64,000 nt of DNA from Epiperipatus broadwayi (lineage: Eukaryota > Animalia > Onychophora). Each line of letters opens with the position of its first letter. Position 1 is the stretch's first letter. The notes beneath the pieces were generated by a model. That model was not told the DNA's origin, did no database searches, and saw nothing but the letters and a program-made list of their open reading frames with translations. The stretch is taken from contig JAQFVV010000003.1 of the NCBI GenBank assembly GCA_028023455.1, positions 22,134,001 to 22,198,000 of the forward strand, written 5' to 3'. Shown one piece after another: positions 39,751 to 50,504 of this stretch. Made by a program: the position numbers and the translations under genes.

Positions 39751-40826
39751 GAATAGAGCTTTTAAGACCAGATTTAACTATAGAAAATATTAAAAACTAA
39801 GTGGAAACTTAGTTAAAGGCAAAGTTCGAACCAGTAAACAAAGTGATATGGCAAAATTAAAAGGAAAGGGACCTACTGTCAAAAGTAGAATATAAAAAAA
39901 GGCCTTAGTAGCCATCAATGTTGCAGTGGTTGTTGCTGTTGAAAAGTTGTTGTTGTTGCTGCTGATATATTTCCTGAAAGACCAGTGCCAAAAAAAATAA
40001 AAAAGCCGTTCCTGCATTAATTTAGCAAGCTGAATTCTAGAAAGCCATTACCCAAGCTGTTCAAATGATGATTGTTGGCTAGAGACAATAGACAGCCATC
40101 TACATGTCCCAGACAAGTGGCTACCTAATAAGAGAAAACATCAACCTCAGCCATGCCCAGTCCAGTGATGAAGCTACACTTAAATTACCAGAGAGTTCCT
40201 GACCAGAGTAATGGGGAAAGCCGCCACAGAAGTGAATTTCCCAGCTGTATCCAGACTCAAACCTAGAAAAGCCACAGCTGATTTAACAGAGAGAAGACGC
40301 ACAAGAAAGATGCCTTGAAAGACTCACTATCAAGACTTTACAGTAAATCATTCTGCAGAATACGTAATTCCATAACTAAACTCATTCTAAATGAAAAGCT
40401 AGCTAACTAATCAATCTCGTAATTAATTATATCATTTAAACGTTACACTAAACTGTTTATATTAAATTTATTTAAAGCTTAGAGCACTCTCAAAATTCTT
40501 GCTTGATCATAAATATTTTAAGTAAATATAAATATTTAGGTTCTATAAAACCATTCAAACAAATTCTCATTTCTAATTTATAACTTTATTGATTGTTTTC
40601 TGCAATTTATTCTTATGCTATCTATCTTTAGTTTTAATTTCATTTGTATTAATTTATGCTAAGTTCATCAGAACGAAGTTTTGTAGATTAATAATATCGG
40701 AGGCATGATTAAGCACCTTTTTATTATATCAGATTATTGTAATATAAAGAATATAAGCAAAACTCCCTTCTAAAATCAAACTATTATTTATGCTAGAGTG
40801 AATCAGTTACTTATAATGCCCAAGAT

Positions 40827-41085
40827 AAGTTATTTAGAATGCATTTTTGCGCAAGTTATTTAAAATGTATAATTTGCACAAGTTATTTAAAATGTATATT
40901 TTACGTATGTTATTTAAAACGCATATTTTGCGTATGTTATTTAAAACACATATTTGCATAAGTTATTTGAAAGTGATATTTTACGAGTTATTTAAAATTA
41001 ATATTTGAGTAATTTATTTAAGAATCAATATTTTGCGTGAGCTATTAAAGAGTCCATATTTGATGTAGATTATTTAAAAATCCGT
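40827..41085. repeat. ~27-bp minisatellite, about 10 copies
   Basis: Unit A(A/T)GTTATTTAAAA(T/C)GCATATTTTGCG(C/T), degrading rightwards. Confidence 0.85.
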
Positions 41086-41306
41086 TTATTTAATATTAGA
41101 TGTAAATTATACAACTTATAATTAATGTTTCAAGTTCTAGTAAATCTTCAAATTTTTGCTATAACTCCATTTCATTAAAGATTAAGAAGCTATGCAGAGA
41201 GCCTTAAATCAGATTCTCATTATCGCCTTTATCATGTGACTTAATAATCTCTTTTATGAACTGACCAGTGGTAGTAGCACTGAAAGAAGTTAAGATTTTG
41301 GCGTAA

Positions 41307-41594
41307 TTAATTTATGAAATAATTTAGCGTTGCGAATGTATTGCTAGTTAGCATAAATATGCATCTCTCCTTGCTATACCTATAATGGTCTACATCAGGA
41401 TCGTTCCCACGCCAAGTCACACCTCGAAAGTTTAGGCAACTGTGACATTTATTTGTATTTAAAGGAACCCAAGCATTCCAAAGGGCTCGTAAGACACTGT
41501 TCTGCTCACTTGAATAAAAAGGCCTCTTCATATCATAGCAAGTAGCCCGGTTTGGGGAACCGTTTACTAGGTAATAAACCTCAATTAAGAACAC
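41307..41594 (-). CDS. BIR-like (IAP-type zinc-binding) domain ORF, divergent
   Basis: KCHSC-x16-H-x7-C with WRGNDPDVDH (cf. BIR WxxxDDPWxEH); Arg 34 residues upstream of the first Cys, as in BIRs; frame open to TAA; no ATG ahead of the full domain (GTG start or spliced exon). Confidence 0.55.
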   Translation of the reverse strand: MFLIEVYYLVNGSPNRATCYDMKRPFYSSEQNSVLRALWNAWVPLNTNKCHSCLNFRGVTWRGNDPDVDHYRYSKERCIFMLTSNTFATLNYFIN

Positions 41595-41910
41595 ATTCGA
41601 GGCGTACCTATACTATAGTTTATAACGCACTAGAATCTGACATTCAACTGCCACACCTCAGTTCAGCTTCCCTAGAAAGTAACTTTGGCTTTGATCAGAT
41701 TCGGAATCTGAGTTAATGCGTTTATGTAGCAATTATATATATCACGCAAATATCTTTATAGTTGAGTTTGAACTTAGTAAAAATAATAATATAATCTCTA
41801 TCAGTTACCAATAAATTGATCACTCTATTACTTATTTCCACTATATAGAACATAGCATGAGTTATGAAGATGGTATGGGCATATTAAAGTCATAGACCAA
41901 TTAAACATTT

Positions 41911-42165
41911 TGTAACCGCAAAAGCCACTCACCTGCGCGTGAGCACTATATAATTTACTTTACTATATTATTTGTAACCCTGACTATTTACTCACTTGCA
42001 TGTGAGCACTATAATTTGCTTTATTAAATCATTTGTAACCCTGAGCATTCACTCATACCTGCACATGAGCTCTATATAAATTGCTGTATTATATTTTAAG
42101 TAACACTGAGTATTCACTCATCTGCGTGTGAGCAAGCTATACCCAATTTATTTTGCTTTATAATT
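41911..42165. repeat. 61-65 bp tandem repeat x4 with palindromic core
   Basis: Units start TGTAACC at 41911, 41973, 42034 and ~42099; core CTCAC-n6-GTGAG (variants in units 3-4) followed by a TATA-like CTATA(TAA). Confidence 0.85.
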
Positions 42166-42289
42166 TATTATTATATTAAATTTATTTTGCTTTATAATTT
42201 ATTGTTACATTAAATTTATGAAATATAAATTTATCTCAGTCTCAATCCATGCTCATTACCTTATCAATCACTAGTTAAGTTATATAATA

Positions 42290-42526
42290 TGTAATGGGGG
42301 GGGGGGATAACTCATGTTTTACTGCTTTGCTATTGCTGGAATGTGAATGAAGAGATATTGAGTGTAACCTCAGGCATGTCATTCGCAATGGGTTGACTTG
42401 GAAGCACGAGTAAGAGAGTTGAGATATTATCAGACGTAGGAGATTACTATCCCGACTTGGTCAGCTTTTGGTTCTCTGGTTCGGACTCTCACTCTGTTGA
42501 GCAAATGTACAAACCTGACCATTACA
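42290..42526. mobile_element. Solo-LTR-like element
   Basis: Perfect 8-bp terminal inverted repeat TGTAATGG...CCATTACA; 237 bp; AT-rich flanks without an exact TSD. Confidence 0.5.
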
Positions 42527-45500
42527 ATATATATATATATATTTAATTAACTATATTTTTATATGAAGTATATAAAGATATATCTTAAACTCTTGTTATA
42601 TTTTGGAAAATATAAATATTCTACAATTTTTTTTTGTTACATAAATATGTGTTTGTATTTAATATTCAATAAATGGAGATGGTTATGTACAATCATCTAT
42701 TTAAATATGAAGTGAATGTCAATAGAAAACCTATTGCTTAAAGCATAATCAGATTATATGCATATATTTTAAATGTTTATTTGCCATATATATATATTAT
42801 TTTAATTTATATCAATTTGTTAATAAATTTTGAATCAATTTAAACCCAATAAACTTGCTTGGTTGTCATTCAATTTTACAATACAAATTTATTGATTAAC
42901 TGTATTTGGATGAGACAATATTCACTAATTGATTATATAATAATTCGTATATTTAATATATAATTGAAAGCTTATTGTAATTATTTTGTTAGTAAAAAAT
43001 AAGATATACTAAAATAGAAATTATATGTAAATTGATTTGATGATTGATAAAGGTGCAAATATGATAATTATTGAAGATAAATATTCATTTTAAGTCATTA
43101 TTGATTAAAAAGGAATGTTATAATAAGTCAGTATATAGCTATAAAGATTGTAATCTTATTCAGTTATAAAGATGCTAATAGTAATATTTTATTCTTTTAC
43201 AAATTAGTGTGGTTTGTTTTAATTATAATTAAAATTTGTTAATGTGAATCATAAATTCAGTTTAAATATTTAATTTTAACATCAATATTTAAAGACAATA
43301 AACACTAACAATCTTTTATATGCTTTGACAGTAATAGTCTAAACTTTTTAATAACTTAGTTTTAATAAACTAAAGAATGATTAGATGTAATTTATCAATT
43401 GTTGAAATAAGCACCAAATAGGAATCTATCATTTATTTTATATATTGTTGTGATTGGATATTGAAAATCTTAAAAGACTATTGAATATGGTGATTTTATT
43501 TTATAATCCATTAAGTTGATGAAAATGGAAAGATACATTATGTTAATTGATTTTGCATTGTTATTAAGTATTAATCTTACTATAAATGACTTGGTCAATA
43601 AGAGTATGTTGATATTAATGGAATAGTATAGCTGAGTTAATGTGCTTTTATTTTATTTAGTTGTAATTAGAAATCAATTATTGAGTTATATATTTAATTA
43701 GATATCATTGATATTGTAAACTTGTAGGGTATATTAAGATTATTTCATTCATCCATCCATGAATTATTTCATTTAAATATCAATAGAAATAACGTTCGAC
43801 TTTTGTTACAAGTTTGTATTATTATAAACTGTGTGTTGACTCATGGTAAATATTAAAGTGCATCTCTGTAATTCTTTGTCATTATTTTCATTCTATTGTA
43901 AGAAATCTATATAATAGGCACATACTATTATTCATAAGATAGTGATATTTGGTTTTATTGCTTTATCTTTAACTTATTGTAAATAATGTTTATATTTTTT
44001 GGGTAATTTGAAATAATGATTTTGCCTGTTTTCTTTCTGTTCTGATTTTGCCTGTTTTCTATCTGTTCTAAATGCTATTGGAATCTATGAGATTATAACT
44101 AAGATTACTATCATTGTTTAACTAACTTAAATGTTAGATTGTTATTCATTAACTGATATTCATTTTAGTTTAGTTATTTTCATTTTGTTACAAATGATGC
44201 TACAATTCATGGGCATTATTAAATTAGGAATCAAAGGATCTTTCAGTTAATAACAAACTCCTTTCCACATACACACACATATATATAAATCTGAATGAAT
44301 TTCAGTGCTGTCTTGCAAGCATGACTCAAGAAATTGATAAATGCTAAACACATTTTAAAAAATAGACTAAAAATATGTTGGAATATTTCCATTATCTAAC
44401 AGTAAATGATTGAATAGTCCAACATATTATCACATCTAATATACCAGCATCATAAACCTTCAGGCAAATATTATATATATGTTTGAAATTGATAAATGCT
44501 ATACAAATTGTAAAAAATAGACTAATATTTTACATTATATATATATTATAATACTACCCGTTATTTTTTATATCGCCATTGTACGCTTCTACCCGTAGCT
44601 TCGAGTGAGGATATTTGGGAGCATGGTCTGATTCCATCTCACGCGCCAATCTTACACATGGATAAGAATTATCTCATTGAAAACGTAAATAAGGGTTGGG
44701 GTATATAGATATACCTCTGTTTATGGTAGCGCATCCGTACCAACTCAATCTCAGGGTTTGGGCACTATAGTCTAACTAGAGAACAAAGCTAAACACTACC
44801 CAACTAAGTCTTATGTGTCTATCTATTCTGTCCGATAATTTATCCGTTATAAATCTAATAACTCAACCCGAAGGTTATCATACAATTTACTCTATTTATT
44901 ACCATACTTAATACCGATAAAATCTCATTTATACACGCATATAAATATATCAATATTCAAGCGCACAGCCCATTTACCCTGATACACACATATATAATTC
45001 ATATACGCATCAAATAATGCAATTATACATCAGAGCTGTTTATTTAATGTTGTTACTTTATTTAATTTAAAAGAGATTTATTATAGCATTAATATTGAGG
45101 TAACACTAGTTTCTTTACCAAGACGCATTCATTGAACATATATTTAGTGTAAACGTCAATTTACCTTAAGTACCGTCGACTGTTCACACGGTCAAAGACA
45201 AGTCCGCATTTATAATTCTCCACGAATACTGGTCTGGTTGATATAACGGATGGCAAGTAGTTCCAATATGGTATATCGAATAGCTTATTCTGGAGGTGGA
45301 GTAGATGATTCACTCGCTTTATGAAAGGGTCCAATTTCATAGATCTTTCATCGCCATTACTCTTGATGAAACAAGAACTCTTTTTTTTTTTGTATAGCGA
45401 AGTTCGTAGGTCCACTTCAGATGAGTTCCACGACAACTATCCACTGGATCGGTTAACGAAACTAACGCTATTGAATTACCCCGACATTTTGGGTGAGAAA

Positions 45501-46002
45501 TATTAATAAACTTCTTAAGAAAATTTATACGTCCACACAATCTGTAGTCCAAGCCGCGTTTTCTTTTTTTTCTTTTTTTCTCCTCTCGAGCCCACAAAAA
45601 GTTCTTTTGTTTTCACTCTTTAACTTTGTAAAATTTTCTTCCAATATCCCTACGCCACTGTCCCGTTCTTCTATTGTTTTCCAAAGATACCCACCTGACC
45701 CGTTTTCGGACTTCTTGATGCCAGTTATTACTAAACCGCCTACAGCAACTGATTTATTTCTATTTCTATCTTCATATGTTCAAAAGATTAATTAGCAAAA
45801 GAAAACACGTGTTACCGACAACATTATTAACCAGACCTAAAGAAAAATTTTAACGGATAAAATATATACGAATAATCAATTACAACTTATACAGCTCCAT
45901 ATATAATTGCTTGTAACCATCACCGTTAATACATACACACATTTTATACTCACATATACAAATATATTTATATAAGCATACCCACCTAACATTCACACTC
46001 TT

Positions 46003-46120
46003 TGTAACAGGGTTCGAATGACTATTTACATATATATCTTTTCGTATATAGTCGCTCAACATTAACACTTGCAATTAGTAAAATATTACATACGCTTGTA
46101 TTCGAACCCCGTTTGTTACA
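46003..46120. repeat. 118-bp element with inverted ends, each containing a B-box-like GGTTCGAA
   Basis: TGTAACAGGGTTCGAAT ... ATTCGAACCCCGTTTGTTACA. Confidence 0.6.
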
Positions 46121-46194
46121 ATATATATATATATAGAGAGAGAGTGTGTGTAACAATAACTCAAACATGCTCTTAAATGATAAGTGCGGTAAGA

Positions 46195-46340
46195 AAAAAA
46201 TATTTAAAATCTCTCTAGAACATCCCCAGACCAATTGGTTTCAAGCTTTTCACTCATCTCAATGAGGAGCTAGAATATTCGGATACTAGATCTAAAATAT
46301 CAACTCAAAACCCAGCACTTGTTTAATATGTAACATTAAA
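46195..46340 (-). mobile_element. Family C hammerhead-repeat relic
   Basis: Reverse complement of 46223-46268: TCCTCA TTGAGAT GAGT GAAAA GCTT GAA ACCAATTGGT C TGGGGA (10-nt palindromic stem III, GUC triplet). Confidence 0.65.
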
Positions 46341-46858
46341 ACTGAAACTGAAAATTTTGGACTTAAATAGCTATATGGGAGTGAACCAATTTCAGATCTA
46401 CTATATATTAATAAGCTTAGCATTGCCAAGGCCTTAAAGGCAAAATTATAATAATCAATAAAGCAAGTCGGTTATCATCGATTAACCTCTGCATGCCACT
46501 TGATGGCTCTGTTGCTCGTCAAAAACCAATAGATATAATGTTACCGGGCTGATTTACAATTTACTTTTTTTTACACTGCTACATGTCAGCGCATAGTGCT
46601 GGAATTTGCATGGAGGGGGATCCGATGGTTTTGCTGATCTGAAGGATCAGCCATCACAACATACACAACATTTTAAAAAACAAACACTATTTTAAAACAA
46701 TTTACGAAACACAATTCGATTTTAAAATTCCCCTCTGATCAAGCCAAGTTTATGCTTTGAAAGTCTCATAGCTGTCCCTGCGCAAAATACGTTTTACGCA
46801 TGATTTCTGTATAATGCTGGAACGTACACTTTTGAATTTCATTTAATCTTAAAAATAT

Positions 46859-47074
46859 GTGTACAGAAGCGTGTCTTTTATCTTACAATTAATACTATCT
46901 AAATCTATGCCAGATTATCTGAAATATAAGTACTTCAAATGCACATGCAAAGACTTAGGACAACTTAAATTCTACACACCCTCACATCATACTGTAGTGA
47001 TCTGTGAAGTGTGCGATAGTACCATGAAACACAAAAGCTGCTTAGCGGCTAATATGAACAGAACTGTTCTATAG
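46859..47074 (+). CDS. Short ORF with a degenerate C2H2-like motif
   Basis: ICEVCDSTMKHKSCLAANMNR matches the C-x2-C-x3-F-x5-L-x2-H spacing with F to M and H to N; may be chance or a pseudogene. Confidence 0.25.
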   Translation: MYRSVSFILQLILSKSMPDYLKYKYFKCTCKDLGQLKFYTPSHHTVVICEVCDSTMKHKSCLAANMNRTVL

Positions 47075-47614
47075 ACCGCGTGAGCAGTATACTTCTGTGC
47101 TTTTGCATGAAAACAGTGACATCAGGCGGTGTGCATGGGCTGTTCGACGACAACCAGCAAGTCATATATATTACATATTTGTAAATACAAGCTCATAAAA
47201 GCAATGTTGCACTATATATGACTTGCTTTATTGATTATTATTTACATATATATATATATATTTCAAATATTTTATATCGTCAGTTTCTGCTGAATTGTGA
47301 ATACCTCCACTATATTAGAGTGGGAATATAACCTTTTATATTACTAGTAGTTTTGCAATCTTTTTAATTTAGTTTCAATTTTCTTAACACATTAGAAGAC
47401 AGATAATGTATGCAAACTCTACAATATTGAATACATACTATGAAAAATAAAGACAATTTCTATTCTGTTTGCAACCTCACATTGATAAATATCAATTTTA
47501 GACATTAAATATGTAATAATAAACATGCAAGAATATTGATTCACTCAGAGAATTACATATAATATCAAAGCATGTAATTATTAATTATAATATATATATA
47601 TATGTATGTGGGTG

Positions 47615-47765
47615 TGTAATATATAAAGAGCTTGCTAATAGCTCTAAACAAGCTTTTTATGATAAATGCTACAAGAAAAATTAGTTTTTCTTGTAGCATT
47701 CATCATAAAAATAAATAAATAAATAAGCTTGTTTAGAGCTATTAGCAAACTATTTATATATTACA
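47615..47765. repeat. 150-bp near-perfect hairpin (foldback/MITE-like)
   Basis: GCTAATAGCTCTAAACAAGCTT...ATGCTACAAGAAAAA TTAG TTTTTCTTGTAGCAT...AAGCTTGTTTAGAGCTATTAGC. Confidence 0.85.
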
Positions 47766-48949
47766 TATTGGTAATGCAAGCTATATGAACATGTGACTTA
47801 TTTTTATTCATATGTGTGTGTGTGTGTGTTAATTCAAATACAAATGCAGTGGATATATAAACGGAAATACTAAAATGAAAATATATATTTAAGTTAACCT
47901 TTTTTAACTAAAGCACCCTAAGGATGTAATAATGAGTTTTAAATTAAAAACTGATACCAGTTTTTTTAAGCCTAAGAGAATAAAGTTCAAAATTTGAGTT
48001 TAATAAATGTCGAATTGTTGGTACAAAATTTATCTAGAGCATAGTATCAAAAATTGCTCAAGTGTTTAATATTCCAAAATAGATCATCAGAGTGAGTTAA
48101 ACATTCATTAAAAGATGAGAGAGTAAAAGCTATAGAATATATTATAGTCAGAAATCTATGGCTATTTCCTATAAAAATATCATATGGCTTTGATTGCATA
48201 TACTATATTACAATTGCTCAGAATTGCTCAGAAAATCATCCATTTGAGCACGCTAATAATAGATATAGTAATTGACATTTTCATTCAGTTATTTTAGCAG
48301 GACTTTTTTTTTTACATTAATCAGTTGAAAATTGATCTTAGAATCTTTTGGTTTTGAACTGCCATTTTATTACTGAATTAAATTATGCAAGGTTCTATTT
48401 ACATTTGATGAATTTTTAATGAAGGATGAGCAATTAAAAAATAATAGATGAAAGATATTCATATAGCCAAAAGAATTAAAGTGATTATATGATGCATAAG
48501 GTGATTAGTCCCAGCTTTCCTCAGTGATAAATATGCTTGAAAGAAATTAAAGTTTGCTATAGTCAAAAAATACAATTCAGAATACAATATACATCTGAAC
48601 ACTATTGCCTGCCAAAATTATTATAAGCATCATAAGACTTACATGGTTAAGCAGCTATTTTAGCACTATTAGATTGTGATACAATATAAAATCAAAGGTG
48701 CCAGAAACACATAAAACTAAACAATAAATGATGGGAAGCATGTCACATCAGACAAATCACTTACCTCAATTACCAAAATCATGGTTTGAATAAGCCATGT
48801 GGAATCTCCTATAAATTGTCTCTGATTAGTTCCCAAAAATTGCTCCAGTTCCAACAACCCATACAATCAATAGTTTGGAAACCAATAATGGTGTTATATA
48901 TCTCTCAGGGCTTCGTAATTAATCATCCCTTTCAATCAATGTCAGTCTA

Positions 48950-49520
48950 TTATAGGATAAAGACTACTCTAAGTTTAATCCAGTTTCTTTGATATATAGC
49001 CCTTCTTCATGGTCTCTATAATCTCTAGAAATCCATTTTAAATAGTTTACATTGTCAATTATTTTCTCTCATACTAATAAATCTAGTCCAATTCTATTTC
49101 TTCTCTTAATTCTTCCAACAATGTTAGTGATATCTGATCATTTTTTTCTTACTTCACATTTGTTTCCTTCTTATTAATGAACAATACATATTTTCATACT
49201 TTACTGGTTGGAATACTATATCTGTATTGCTCTTTTATTAAGCACCCATGTCTCATATTCACAAGAGGGGGGAAAACCTTAATGTTGTTCTATATACTGT
49301 TGACCTATCATATAATTCATCCCAGAAAATTCTTTATTCAATTGATAGATTTATATACAACGATAACGATATCATGTTTCTGCTCTTTTATCATTGACAT
49401 ATATATATATATATAATCAATGAACCAAAGAATTTTGAGTGATTGCAAACATAATCATTATTCACAGAAACCAATCCATACCTTTCTGATCCTTGTTTCT
49501 AGTAAGTTTTTGATCTCTTT
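48950..49520 (-). mobile_element. Highly decayed RTE-clade fragment
   Basis: Reverse complement contains GAGACATGGGTGCTTAATAAAAGAGCAATACAGA (cf. 9466-9500) and the RTE 3' region. Confidence 0.65.
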
Positions 49521-50247
49521 ATTATTATATTTTTATATTGCTTTATAAAGTTTTTTATTTAATGAATTACGACTTGCTTTGGTCCACCAATTATCTTTTT
49601 CATCACTATTGACAAAAATATATCAGTAACCTCAAATTCATTATATCTTTTTCTATCTCCTATTGTTATGTACAGGACACTTTTTCCATATACCTTTGTA
49701 TTTCTTGGAATTTGTTTTATTGTGAATTCAAACATCATGCTGCACAACCATAATTTAATGTTTATATAAATATATTATAGATGGAATAGTAGTATGCAAA
49801 TTTCCCATTCTTATGCTCTGGGTTAGTTTTCAAAGCAATTGATATTAACTTTTTTTCTTTTTTATGATTTATCCCAATGATAGTGAAAGACTGAAGAGCC
49901 AAAAATTCCTGAAGGTATTCTCTGTTTAGTACAGTAAAAAAAAAAATATTATTTTGCTAATTGAATGAAACTATTGTATTCAATCTTCAGCTAGAATATA
50001 ATTAATGTTATTAGTATTTTTTTTTGCTATAAATTTTCTCTCTTCTATATATTTTTTATATTATCTTTATACACATCCATACATTAATATTATTTATCAA
50101 AAAAATAAAATTTAATATATATATATATATGCTAATATAAAAACAAATATATATTTACAACCCATATATCTATATATTCTCATAGACTATAATTTATTAT
50201 TTACTATCAATTAAAAGGTCAATCTAATTATTGTACTGGCGAAAAAA

Positions 50248-50504
50248 AACTAAAATGACTAAGAAATTCACTGATACCTATTGATGTTTATATATATGGC
50301 ATTCAGGCAATTTTAATTTACTTGATCTCTCAATCATGCCTATCAAAAATATTATAAACTAAAATGACTAAATCATGCCTATCAAAAATATTATAAACTA
50401 AAATGACTAAGAAATTCACTGATACCTATTGATGTTTATATATATGGCATTCAGGCAATTTTAATTTACTTGATCTCTCAATCATGCCTATCAAAAATAT
50501 TATA
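50248..50504. repeat. Identical 109-bp duplication with a 39-bp internally deleted spacer copy
   Basis: 50248-50356 equals 50396-50504; 50357-50395 joins the unit start to the unit end. Confidence 0.9.

Noticed and set aside
40827-42165. CRISPR-like array
   Set aside because: Units are contiguous with no unique spacers; eukaryotic context; no cas genes
42650-43700. Ankyrin-repeat pseudogene (LMIDKGAN, KYEVNVN)
   Set aside because: Isolated short matches in extremely AT-rich DNA with dense stops; no 33-aa periodicity established
45410-45475. Hammerhead-like CAGATGAGTT...AACGAAAC
   Set aside because: Core U4 is substituted, no stem III or UH site, no stem I
46022-46234. Tc1 transposase from the MVWGC motif
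   Set aside because: The motif arises from the family C ribozyme sequence (TTGGTCTGGGGATGT); no other transposase similarity
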